A stretch of 64,000 nt of DNA, taken from positions 5,456-69,455 of the forward strand of contig DVLG01000044.1 in the NCBI GenBank assembly GCA_018715625.1, read 5' to 3'. This document shows, piece by piece, positions 1-8,626 of this stretch (positions within the stretch are counted from its first letter, which is position 1; each line of letters opens with the position of its first letter). The translations under genes were made by a program, and so were the position numbers. The notes under the pieces are model-generated. The model had not been told where the DNA came from. It saw only the letters and a program-made list of their open reading frames with translations, and did not search any database. This DNA is from Candidatus Scatovivens faecipullorum. GTDB taxonomy: Bacteria; Bacillota; Clostridia; TANB77; CAG-508.

Positions 1-584
1 TCAAAATCTATATCACTAATATTTATTCCAATAAGTTCTGACAAACGCAAACCACAATTTAAAAGTAATGTTATCATAGCAAAATTTCTTTCTGAATTAT
101 CATGATTTCCATGAGATATATTAGGTTTAGATGCTGTTTCTAGCAATTCTTTACTTTGTTCTAATGTAAGATATTTAGGTAATCTTTGCCCAATTTTAGG
201 AGTTTCTAAATCTTGTGCAGGATTTGTTGGAAGTTTTTTAGTTTTATTACACATATATTTAAAAAATATTCGAATAGTTGAAGCCTTTCTAGCAAGAGTT
301 GCTGGTTTACTTTGATAACACATTTTTAAATATTGTAAAAATGCATGAATATCTTGTAAAGTAACCATTTTTAAAGTTTCTAAATCAAAATCATTTATCT
401 TTATAGTTTTTATAAATTCCTCATCTTTAACATCTGTTAATTTATATTTAAATTTAATAAATTTCAAAAAATGTGCAATATCATAATTATATTCTTTAAC
501 TGAATTTTCAGATTTATTTAATATTGTTAGACTATATGCCAAAAAATCATTTACAAATTCTGGATTCTCTTCTGGTTCTATCAT
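1..584 (-). CDS. tyrosine recombinase (XerC/XerD / phage-integrase family), N-terminal 194 codons; gene continues past window start
   Basis: Open at the window edge, so absent from the ORF track. My translation from ATG 584: MIEPEENPEFVNDFLAYSLTILNKSENSVKEYNYDIAHFLKF...ATLARKASTIRIFFKYM...ERNFAMITLLLNCGLRLSELIGINISDIDF. This gives a SAM-like N-domain plus the first catalytic Arg box. Confidence 0.7.
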   Translation of the reverse strand, partial: MIEPEENPEFVNDFLAYSLTILNKSENSVKEYNYDIAHFLKFIKFKYKLTDVKDEEFIKTIKINDFDLETLKMVTLQDIHAFLQYLKMCYQSKPATLARKASTIRIFFKYMCNKTKKLPTNPAQDLETPKIGQRLPKYLTLEQSKELLETASKPNISHGNHDNSERNFAMITLLLNCGLRLSELIGINISDIDF

Positions 585-757
585 TTATTACTCCTTTTAA
601 ATATAATTTATATTAATATTATATATTTAATATTTTTTAGTTACAATAACTTTGCACAAAATTTATTAATAGTATTTAAAAAATAAAAACTAATTTTTAA
701 TATGTAACATATGTTAAAATTAAATTTTTACTTATAAAATATTTTACAAATTTTTTA

Positions 758-1975
758 TTATTTATTTTTAAATTTCTTATCTTTTCCTTTTACAATGTTT
801 TTTATTTCTAAATCTCCTGCTCTAGTTATTATTCCATAACCATATTGATTTTTCAAATTATCAAGAACGTTATCAATTTTTTCTTGTTTTGTATCATTTT
901 GGAATAATGATAATTGAACTTCGTCTTTATTTTCCAAATTATCAGCTCTTACTCCTACAAGTCTAATTGAATCATTTTTATACATCTCTTGTAAAATTTC
1001 TTTAGCGGTTTTAATAATTTCTTTTGTTGATGATGTAGAATATTTTAATGGTTTTTGATGAGAATAATCTTGAAAATCTTTTGTTCTAAGTTGTACATTA
1101 ATTGTATTTGCAATTAAATTATGTTTTCTTAATCTATATGAAACTTGCTCACATAAAGCAATAACAATTTTGTAAATATCTTCAAAATTTCTAACATCTT
1201 TTGGTAAAGTAACTGAATTTCCAATGCTTTTTGGAGCTTCTATTTTAGAGTTTACTTCTTCATCATCTATCCCATTAGCATAATTCCACATTAATAATCC
1301 GTGTTTTCCAAAACGTTTTAATAGAATTTCTTTGTCTGTTTTCGCTAAATCTCCAATGGTCTTTATTCTTAAATTGTTTAATTTGGGAACAGTTTTCTTT
1401 CCTATCATAAATAATTCTGATACAGGAAGTGGCCACATTTTATCTTCAATTTCATATTCGTATAATGTATGCACTTTATTAGGTTTTTCAAAATCAGAAG
1501 CCATCTTTGCAAGTAATTTATTTGTTGAAATTCCAACATTAACAGTAAAACCCAATTCTCTTTCAACTCTTGAATTTATTTCTTTTGCTATATCTATTAA
1601 TTTTCTACCTTGCAAAAATCCTGTTAAATCTAAAAAGCATTCATCAATACTAAATCTTTCAATTCTATCTGTATATTCTAAAAATATTTTATATAAATCA
1701 TTGGAATATTTATTAAATACTTCAAAATCACCTTGAAATACTTCTAATTTATTACATTTTTGCTTTGCAAAATAAATTGGTTCTCCTGTTATAATTCCGA
1801 ATTTTTTAGCAATCGGACTTTTAGCAAGTACTATTCCTGAACGTTTCTCTTCATCTCCACCAATAATTGATGGAATTGTTCTAATATCAACAGGATAACC
1901 ATTCTTTAACATATAAACAGCCGTCCAAGATAAAAAAGCATTATTAACATCTACATGTAAAATTTGTCTTTCCAA
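758..1975 (-). CDS. Y-family (DinB/UmuC-type) translesion DNA polymerase
   Basis: 405 aa. N-terminus ILHVDVNNAFLSW...SIDECFLDLTG matches the Y-family palm motifs. TTG start, with GGAG 7 nt upstream. Confidence 0.85.
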   Translation of the reverse strand: MERQILHVDVNNAFLSWTAVYMLKNGYPVDIRTIPSIIGGDEEKRSGIVLAKSPIAKKFGIITGEPIYFAKQKCNKLEVFQGDFEVFNKYSNDLYKIFLEYTDRIERFSIDECFLDLTGFLQGRKLIDIAKEINSRVERELGFTVNVGISTNKLLAKMASDFEKPNKVHTLYEYEIEDKMWPLPVSELFMIGKKTVPKLNNLRIKTIGDLAKTDKEILLKRFGKHGLLMWNYANGIDDEEVNSKIEAPKSIGNSVTLPKDVRNFEDIYKIVIALCEQVSYRLRKHNLIANTINVQLRTKDFQDYSHQKPLKYSTSSTKEIIKTAKEILQEMYKNDSIRLVGVRADNLENKDEVQLSLFQNDTKQEKIDNVLDNLKNQYGYGIITRAGDLEIKNIVKGKDKKFKNK

Positions 1976-1990
1976 TTTTTTCTCCTATAC

Positions 1991-2002
1991 AAACATTAGT
2001 TC
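1991..2002 (-). promoter_or_regulatory. candidate LexA (SOS/Cheo) box GAACTAATGTTT just upstream of the Y-family polymerase RBS
   Basis: The minus strand reads AGAACTAATGTTTGTATAGGAGAAAAAATTG(start). It matches GAAC-N4-GTTC at 11 of 12 positions. Y-family polymerases are classic SOS genes in Firmicutes. Confidence 0.45.
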
Positions 2003-2103
2003 TTACGATGAGATTTTATCATGTCTTCTATTAAAAGTCAATCATTAAGCAAAAAAATGTTCGTAGTTTATTTATATAGAACAAAAGTAGCAATTTCAAT
2101 ATT

Positions 2104-2129
2104 AAAAAAATCAGTATAAAATACTGATT
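2104..2129 (-). terminator. rho-independent terminator after the P-loop kinase-like gene
   Basis: Minus-strand hairpin AATCAGTAT-TTT-ATACTGATT followed by TTTTTTT. It overlaps the stop codon. Confidence 0.6.
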
Positions 2130-2845
2130 TAGTCTTTTTCATGAACTTTTTCACGTGTCGCAATTTTACTTGCTTGATTTACTGTTTTAGCAATATTTGC
2201 TAAATTAATTTGAGATTTTATACTATATCTTTCATCAAATGATATCATTCCCATTTTTTCATACTCTCTATCAGCTTGTTCTTTTAATTCTTTCATGCTT
2301 CCTTTATTTAAAATTTTTACAACATTTTCTCCCTCTGGCAATTTAATATGCTCTAAAGAATATGGAATATCACAAACTCTTAATTCTCTTACTGTTAGAG
2401 CATCTCTTTGTTTTAATCCATCTCTTCTTTCTAAAAAATCTCTTTCTAGAGTATATATTTTATCAAGCTTATGAAAAATTTTATTTTGATATGGTAAAGC
2501 CCAGTCATCAATTATAGTTATTTCTTTTCCGTCTAGTTTAAAATCTTCAATCTTTTTTAATAATTCTTTTTCTATTAATTTAGTTCTAAGTTTCATTAAT
2601 ATGTTAAAAAGAAATTTGTTTTTATAGAATTTCTCTTTTATACCTGCTTTTAATTTAGGGTTGTTCTTTACATTTTCTGTTTTATTATTTTCCTTTGGTT
2701 GTAAGAAAAATTTAAAATATTTTTTCTTTATATCAGCAACTAAATCATCAACATGTATAACTCCAACTATATCTTTGCGTCCTAAATAATCACTAAAAGT
2801 AGTTTTACCAGAACCAGGTTTTCCCATTATGCCAATTAATTTCAT
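2129..2845 (-). CDS. P-loop NTPase / small-molecule kinase-like protein (dephospho-CoA-kinase-like fold)
   Basis: 238 aa. Walker A GKPGSGKTT lies at the N-terminus. A later IIDDW resembles a Walker B / lid arrangement. Specific function not recognisable. Confidence 0.5.
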   Translation of the reverse strand: MKLIGIMGKPGSGKTTFSDYLGRKDIVGVIHVDDLVADIKKKYFKFFLQPKENNKTENVKNNPKLKAGIKEKFYKNKFLFNILMKLRTKLIEKELLKKIEDFKLDGKEITIIDDWALPYQNKIFHKLDKIYTLERDFLERRDGLKQRDALTVRELRVCDIPYSLEHIKLPEGENVVKILNKGSMKELKEQADREYEKMGMISFDERYSIKSQINLANIAKTVNQASKIATREKVHEKD

Positions 2846-2859
2846 ACAAACTCCAAATA

Positions 2860-3510
2860 TTAATCTTTTTTATTTATAAAATCATCTATTATATGTGTGT
2901 ATATTGCAAGATAAGATATTGAAACACAAAATCCTGCAAAAACATCACTTGTATAATGAACACCTAAATATATTCTACTTACTCCTATCAATAATATTAA
3001 TAAACTAAGTATTGTCATTAATATTATTTTTAATTTTTTATTTTCAATTTTTTTATATATTAAATAAATTAAAAAACCATAAAATGCTGCACTTGCCATA
3101 GAATGTCCAGAAGGAAAACTATATCCAGGTTCATTTATTAATCTATATTCTGTTGGTCTAGGCCTTTGTACTATATTTTTCAAAATTAAATTTAAAACAG
3201 TAACAAAAAATAAGTTAAGATATATACAAATCCCTATTCTTTTATTTTTTATTATTATAAACAATATTGTAGCTAAGAAGATTAAAACTATTGCTCCTCC
3301 AAAATGTGTAATAAATTTTGCTATTGGTGTAATAAAATCTGACATTAAATAAGTTGATATTAAATTATAACCTATTATATCTTTTTTCATTATTTCATTT
3401 CCAAAAACATCTTCAGCTGTTTCTAAAAATCCTATCATACATATAAATAAAATAATCCATCTTAGGTTTTTTCTTAAAAATTTCTTTATGTTATCTACTC
3501 TATATTTCAT
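2860..3510 (-). CDS. PAP2-family phosphatase (undecaprenyl-diphosphate / lipid phosphatase type), membrane protein
   Basis: 216 aa, multi-TM. All three PAP2 motifs are present: KNIVQRPRP, PSGHS, SRIYLGVHYTSD. Confidence 0.85.
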   Translation of the reverse strand: MKYRVDNIKKFLRKNLRWIILFICMIGFLETAEDVFGNEIMKKDIIGYNLISTYLMSDFITPIAKFITHFGGAIVLIFLATILFIIIKNKRIGICIYLNLFFVTVLNLILKNIVQRPRPTEYRLINEPGYSFPSGHSMASAAFYGFLIYLIYKKIENKKLKIILMTILSLLILLIGVSRIYLGVHYTSDVFAGFCVSISYLAIYTHIIDDFINKKD

Positions 3511-3590
3511 ATTCTAATTCCTTCAAAAATTCTTTTGTCTATAAGTAATTTAATTTTCTTAATTAAATTCTTTTTTATATGTTTCATAAT

Positions 3591-4316
3591 TTATTTTAAC
3601 CTTATTATTGAATGTATAATACTTTCATCTTCGCTTTTTATTGTCACATAATGGTATCCAGCTTCAAAACTATATAAAGCTTTAACTATTTCTCCCAATT
3701 TTATTTCTTTCTTATACATGATTTCAAAATTATTTAATTCGTTTCCAAAAGCAATCTCCTCTGGTAATGCTTCTTTTGCAATATCTAAATAATATATATT
3801 ATGAAGGTGTTTATTTATATCTATCATATTTCTTGTAATTTTAAATAAAATACTGCTAGAATATTCTTTAGGTTCTGACAATTTTTCTAAATCTTTTTCT
3901 TTAAAAACAGCATTTTCAGTTTCTGTTTTATAACTTTCTGCAACTTCTTCAGAAACTTTTATTAATTTACTTTTATCAATATCTACAAATACCCATTTAG
4001 AAGTAATTATAGCAATAACTTCGTTATATTGATTTCTAACTTCAAAATCACGATATGCATAAAATTTATCTATCAATCTTGACCAAGTTTTTACAGTTAC
4101 AGTATCATTAATAAGTGGTCTTTTATTAACTTTTACTTTCCAGGACAATAAAATCCAGGTTTTTCTTGTTTTATTCATATCTGTAATCCCATATCCTGCT
4201 ATTTCAGAATGTATTCCTGCAGTATCTTCTAAATATCTTAATAAACAAGTATTATTTAATTCTTTTAAAGGATTTATATCACTTAATCCTATATAAAATT
4301 TGTGTTCTACAAACAT
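3591..4316 (-). CDS. acyl-ACP thioesterase
   Basis: 241 aa, double hot-dog architecture. The N-terminal pattern ...LLRYLEDTAGIHSE...WILLSWKVKV...TVKTW is typical of the FatA/B-like bacterial family. Confidence 0.75.
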   Translation of the reverse strand: MFVEHKFYIGLSDINPLKELNNTCLLRYLEDTAGIHSEIAGYGITDMNKTRKTWILLSWKVKVNKRPLINDTVTVKTWSRLIDKFYAYRDFEVRNQYNEVIAIITSKWVFVDIDKSKLIKVSEEVAESYKTETENAVFKEKDLEKLSEPKEYSSSILFKITRNMIDINKHLHNIYYLDIAKEALPEEIAFGNELNNFEIMYKKEIKLGEIVKALYSFEAGYHYVTIKSEDESIIHSIIRLK

Positions 4317-4579
4317 ACTATCCCTCTAATCACTAATTTTAACAATCTATAAAATTATATCATCATACTTTTAAAAAAACAAGTAAATAATACTTAAATT
4401 TATGTGTTAATTTACTACAAGTCTTTATAGATTACTTCATACATTAGCACTTTTTCATAATATATAAAAATAAAGAATTATATTTTGTTTATAACTTAAT
4501 TAACATAAATTCATAAAATATATAAGAGTATATAAATTATAAACTCAAAATTTAATTTAAATAAAAAGGAGGTGTGTTT

Positions 4580-5161
4580 GTGAAATTAAATGATAAAAAA
4601 ATCGGATTTGCATTAACAGGTTCTTTTTGTACTTTTCAAAAAACTATTATAGAACTAGAAAAAATAAAAAAAATTGAAAATACTGATATTACTCCAATCA
4701 TGAGCTTTAATAGTTATAATTTAGATACTAAATTCGGAAAAGCTCAAGATTTTATTAACAAAATAGAATCCTTAACAAATCATAAAATAATTAATTCCAT
4801 ACAAGCAGCAGAACCTATTGGCCCTAAAAAAATGTTTGATATATTAATTGTTGCTCCATGTTCTGGAAACACAATTGCTAAACTTGCAAATGATATTATC
4901 GATACTCCTGTTACAATGGCTGTAAAATCTCATTTAAGAAACAACAGACCCGTAGTAATTGCTATATCCACAAATAATGCTTTATCTGGTTCTGCTGAAA
5001 ATATCGGAAAATTACTTAATAGGAAAAATTATTATTTTGTACCTTTTAAACAGGATAATCCTATAACTAAACCAAATTCTCTAGTATTTGATCCAACATA
5101 TATCATAAGAACTCTAGAATATGCTTTAGATAAAGAGCAAATTCAGCCAATACTTCTATGA
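4580..5161 (+). CDS. dpaB: dipicolinate synthase subunit B (SpoVFB/DpaB flavoprotein)
   Basis: Strong resemblance to B. subtilis SpoVFB: KKIGFALTGSFCT...AEPIGPK...VAPCSGNTIAKLAN...RNNRPVVIAISTNNAL...FVPFKQDNP..KPNSLV...LQPIL. AGGAGG at 4567-4572 favours the GTG at 4580 over the track start at 4574. Confidence 0.75.
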   Translation: MKLNDKKIGFALTGSFCTFQKTIIELEKIKKIENTDITPIMSFNSYNLDTKFGKAQDFINKIESLTNHKIINSIQAAEPIGPKKMFDILIVAPCSGNTIAKLANDIIDTPVTMAVKSHLRNNRPVVIAISTNNALSGSAENIGKLLNRKNYYFVPFKQDNPITKPNSLVFDPTYIIRTLEYALDKEQIQPILL

Positions 5162-5166
5162 ATATA

Positions 5167-5203
5167 AATAAAAAAATATCAGCCACTTTCAAAAGTGGCT
5201 GAT
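5167..5203 (-). terminator. terminator between convergent dpaB and the ATP-grasp operon
   Basis: Hairpin ATCAGCCACTT-TCAA-AAGTGGCTGAT. On the minus strand it is followed by ATTTTTTTATT. Confidence 0.7.
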
Positions 5204-5268
5204 TCATCTATTTACATATTCAATTAAAACAAAATTTACAATGAATTTAAAATTTTATATATTGTTTA

Positions 5269-7026
5269 CTATTCTTGCACTAACCCTAAAAGTTTAAATA
5301 TACCTAAACCAATTTTTTGTTCTTTTCCTTCATAAGGCCATTCACTAATCGAATATCCTGGATTATCATTTATTTCTACTATAGAATAATTATCTTTTTT
5401 GAAATCTTCAACTATAATATCTACTCCACAAATTTTAGCGTCAAATGCTTTAGCAGCTTTTTCAGCAATCTTTTTAAATTTTACTGGCATTTCATCTGTC
5501 ACATCTACTGCTTCTCCACCAGATGAACAGTTTGAATTTGTTCTTAAAAATACCCTTTTTCCTTCTGGTATTACTGTATCATAATTATATCCTTGTGATT
5601 TTAAATGCTCTTCCAATGGTAAATCCATTTTCAAAGGAGATCCAACTAATCTATGCCAGTATTCGTTACTTTTTTTAATCATCAATTCCTTTATAGTAGA
5701 TTTTCCATCTCCAACTACACTTGCTGCTCTTCTATGTGCAACACTTAGGCATTTTCCGTCAATTACTAGAAATCTATATTCCATTCCTTTTGCAAATTCT
5801 TCTATTAAAACATTATTATCAAACTTAAAAGCATAATCTATAGCTGTTAAGATTTCTTCTTTACTTGCTTTTCTATCAAATACGCTTATTCCTGTGCCAT
5901 AGTTAGTATTTCTAGGTTTTATAACAGCTGTTTTATTGAAGAATTTACTAGCAAGTTCTTCAATATCTTCCCTATCCATTTCTGAATCCAGAAGAATTGC
6001 TTTTGGAACATTTAGTCCATAATCTGCCATTATTTGTTTTGAAATTAATTTGTCATCTGTTATAATTGGAAAAATATAAGTATCTCTGTCAGTTTTATTT
6101 CCTTCTATTACAAACTCTTTATGTCCGTTTAATTCAAATTCTACGATACTTTTAGACTCATTTAAAACTTTATAATCAATTCCTTGGTATATAGCATCTT
6201 TTATTAAAACTACAGCAGCTTTTTCTAATTTCTTATATTTTAAAAGCGCATATCTTGTTTCATATCCTTCTTCCATATATTTATCTATTAAATCTGTTTT
6301 TTCTTTATCTGTTAACTCTGCTTCTTGTTCAAGTCTTGACTTTTGATTTTGAATTTCTTTTAAGACATTTTCTAAAGATTCTTTAGTTTTTAAGGAATAT
6401 TTTTTACTTATATTTTCTAGTATTTTAAATTCTTCTTTAAATGATTTGACTTCATTTTTTTCTAATAAACTAAATATAAAAGTAACTAAAAAACATATAT
6501 CATCATAAGTCATTCCCATTCTTGTTCTATAATTATTTTTTAATTCTGATAATTCAATATTACTTTTTGAAACTTTTAGTGTACACTTTCCATATAACTT
6601 TTCTAATATATAAGATTTATTTTTAAATTCATTTTTTAAATTTTTAAAAGCATCTTCTAATTTCTCTGGTAAAACTTTATTTACTTTCTTTAATTCTTCA
6701 TAGTTTTCTTTGTTTATAGATAAAGTAATTTTACTATTTAAGTTTATGTTATTAAAACTAGAAAATGGCCAAACAATTTCATTCAAATTATATAATTCTG
6801 AATATACAACATTGGTTATTTCTTGAAGTTTATAATATGCTTCAGATATACTTGAAGAAGTTGGTGATTTTAATTTTAATATATATTCTTCATTTTCACT
6901 TCTAATAAAATTATTTTTCTCCTTATTTCCAAATGCTTTTGGATATTTTGTAGAACTAATCTTTTTATTCTTATTGCATCTCAAAACCATTCTTTCTAAA
7001 CAAATATTAAATTTCTCTTGATTCAT
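5269..7026 (-). CDS. ATP-grasp ligase (GshF C-terminal / cyanophycin-synthetase-like domain) with an unassigned N-terminal region of about 270 aa
   Basis: 585 aa. C-terminal 300 aa: IKPRNTNYGTGISVF...EYRFLVIDGKCLSVAHRRAASVVGDGKSTIKEL...LRTNSNCSSGGEAVDVTDE...ICGVDIIVED...IVEINDNPG. The N-terminal part is K/E-rich and helical with no motif I recognise. Confidence 0.7.
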   Translation of the reverse strand: MNQEKFNICLERMVLRCNKNKKISSTKYPKAFGNKEKNNFIRSENEEYILKLKSPTSSSISEAYYKLQEITNVVYSELYNLNEIVWPFSSFNNINLNSKITLSINKENYEELKKVNKVLPEKLEDAFKNLKNEFKNKSYILEKLYGKCTLKVSKSNIELSELKNNYRTRMGMTYDDICFLVTFIFSLLEKNEVKSFKEEFKILENISKKYSLKTKESLENVLKEIQNQKSRLEQEAELTDKEKTDLIDKYMEEGYETRYALLKYKKLEKAAVVLIKDAIYQGIDYKVLNESKSIVEFELNGHKEFVIEGNKTDRDTYIFPIITDDKLISKQIMADYGLNVPKAILLDSEMDREDIEELASKFFNKTAVIKPRNTNYGTGISVFDRKASKEEILTAIDYAFKFDNNVLIEEFAKGMEYRFLVIDGKCLSVAHRRAASVVGDGKSTIKELMIKKSNEYWHRLVGSPLKMDLPLEEHLKSQGYNYDTVIPEGKRVFLRTNSNCSSGGEAVDVTDEMPVKFKKIAEKAAKAFDAKICGVDIIVEDFKKDNYSIVEINDNPGYSISEWPYEGKEQKIGLGIFKLLGLVQE

Positions 7027-7052
7027 ATTTATTCTCTCTTTTCTACAATTAT

Positions 7053-8072
7053 TTATTTTATATCATTTTGAGCTGTTTGATATTGAAGATTTTGAATTTG
7101 AGGAACTCTTTCGTTTCCTTCAGCAGTATTTCCTATATTAAATTCAACATTTAGAGCATTAAAAGCTTCTAACTCATGATAAATAACTACTTTTTCATCT
7201 TTTATATTAACAAACTCACTTAATTCTTTAGTATTACTTTCTATTACACTGTTTAAATCTGAAAATAATTCTGTAGCTTTACAATCTAAATAATTAAATT
7301 CATGTCTTTCATCTGATATGATTCTATTACTATTTAACCCTATTTCTAAAATAAAAGTAGGTGCTTCTGTTAACTCTCCTGTATTATCTATTATTTCATA
7401 GTATCCATCAACTGCTAAATCTAATTTTAAACCTTCAGCTTTTAAAGTCGTAACTGCTTTTGAAACAGCATTATAACTTTGCATATTTCTACAATCAACT
7501 TCACATATTAATCTAAGTTTATTTGTTTTATTAAGTTCGTAAGCAGCTTTAATTGCAGCTTTAAATAGTTCTTTTCCTATTCCTCTTATTTTATTGTTAT
7601 TTCTATCCACTGCATCTATCTTAGTTAATATATTGCTTATTATTAAAACATTTTCATTTTTAGTTGGGAAAAATGGATTACTAGAAATATTGGTACTACT
7701 TTCAAGTTTTACAGTGCATACTCCTAATATTTCTTCTGTATTATTTTCATCTTTTCTAGTAGCTAACATTATAGGGTGTTTTAGTAAATTATCTAAAATA
7801 GTACTAATATCTGGTATATGAATAAAATCTTTATTTCCTGTATAATTAGTATCATAAAAATATGTTAGATTAAAAATCATATCTCTTAATAAGTCTCTAT
7901 TTCTGATTGTTTGGAATAAATAAAATTTTACATCCGATAAGTTAGGATTATTTTTTGTAAATTCCTGTGTTCTCTCCTCCATTTCTTTAATATAATGTTT
8001 GAACGCTTCGGCTTTAAATAAATTAAAGCTTTCTACCGCTCGGGGTCTTGGTTTTTTCTTCTTTCTTTTCAT
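7053..8072 (-). CDS. GNAT-family N-acetyltransferase-like protein with a basic N-terminus
   Basis: 339 aa. The central IRGIGKELFKAAIKAAYE resembles the acetyl-CoA-binding R/Q-x-x-G-x-G/A motif. The gene sits 26 nt upstream of the ATP-grasp gene, so they are probably co-transcribed. GGAG RBS present. Confidence 0.55.
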   Translation of the reverse strand: MKRKKKKPRPRAVESFNLFKAEAFKHYIKEMEERTQEFTKNNPNLSDVKFYLFQTIRNRDLLRDMIFNLTYFYDTNYTGNKDFIHIPDISTILDNLLKHPIMLATRKDENNTEEILGVCTVKLESSTNISSNPFFPTKNENVLIISNILTKIDAVDRNNNKIRGIGKELFKAAIKAAYELNKTNKLRLICEVDCRNMQSYNAVSKAVTTLKAEGLKLDLAVDGYYEIIDNTGELTEAPTFILEIGLNSNRIISDERHEFNYLDCKATELFSDLNSVIESNTKELSEFVNIKDEKVVIYHELEAFNALNVEFNIGNTAEGNERVPQIQNLQYQTAQNDIK

Positions 8073-8548
8073 AAAAATCTCCTATTGTTTAAAGATAGTA
8101 AATAATGTACATACTCCCAAATTTTAGTAAGTTTGAAAATATGTGCATTTCTACAAGACTATAATACTCTCATTTTGTATAAAAAGCAATTTCCTAAAAA
8201 AGCTTTTTTTCGGAAAAAAATACTAATTTTGGAAACAATTATTTAAATAACATATCATTTTCTTTGTAAATCATCTAATTATATCTCATTTTTTCTGTTT
8301 TTCTTATATATTAATTTAAAACTTTTATAAAATACTGTAAAATAGGTACTTTTAAGCTTCTATTTTATTATAATCTTACTTAAAATTAATAAAAAATTAA
8401 GAATTACAAGAAAATTAAAGTTATAATAATTATAAAATTGAAATTCTATATAGAGATGTATCATTTTCAAGTTTTAAGGAATAAAATTTATGTATATTTA
8501 AAGCAGCATCTTTGTATGATAGGAAATTAAAATAACTTTTTATTACAT

Positions 8549-8580
8549 AAAAAACTGAGATTGGATAAAACCAATCTCAG
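8549..8580 (-). terminator. rho-independent terminator after the ABC/GldG-like operon
   Basis: Minus-strand hairpin CTGAGATTGG-TTTTAT-CCAATCTCAG followed by TTTTTT. Confidence 0.8.
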
Positions 8581-8626
8581 CAAAATATTTAAACTCTAAT
8601 ATTATTAAATATAATTTTCATATTTT

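Noticed and set aside
1332-1736. Antisense ORFs in the supplied track, of which 1332..1736 is one. The others are 5317..5526, 5399..5584, 7594..7821, 8877..9149, 11149..11331, 11715..11963, 14894..15139, 17994..18254, 18960..19151, 19856..20077, 22693..22878, 23790..24002, 27212..27403, 27609..27797, 28234..28425, 31321..31524, 32121..32321, 33432..33635, 38312..38494, 39267..39449, 42011..42292, 42377..42685, 45428..45610, 46220..46489, 46733..46939, 48219..48554, 49756..49953, 54064..54447, 55963..56166, 58395..58745, 59787..60191 and 61141..61365.
   Set aside because: Each lies inside, or mostly inside, a longer motif-supported gene on the opposite strand. Their translations are F/L/I/S-rich low complexity, typical of shadow ORFs in AT-rich DNA, and none has an RBS.
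1-2845. Tyrosine recombinase plus Y-family polymerase plus P-loop kinase, considered as the edge of a mobile element
   Set aside because: No flanking repeats, phage or conjugation genes, or composition change are visible inside the window. The recombinase could be housekeeping XerC. This cannot be decided without the sequence to the left.
8073-8626. 554-nt non-coding region upstream of the GNAT/ATP-grasp cassette, examined for a riboswitch, sRNA or small ORFs
   Set aside because: It contains only the upstream operon's terminator, an imperfect A/T palindrome around AGCT (8196-8222), and ORFs of 11 codons or fewer. No conserved riboswitch core sequence was recognisable.
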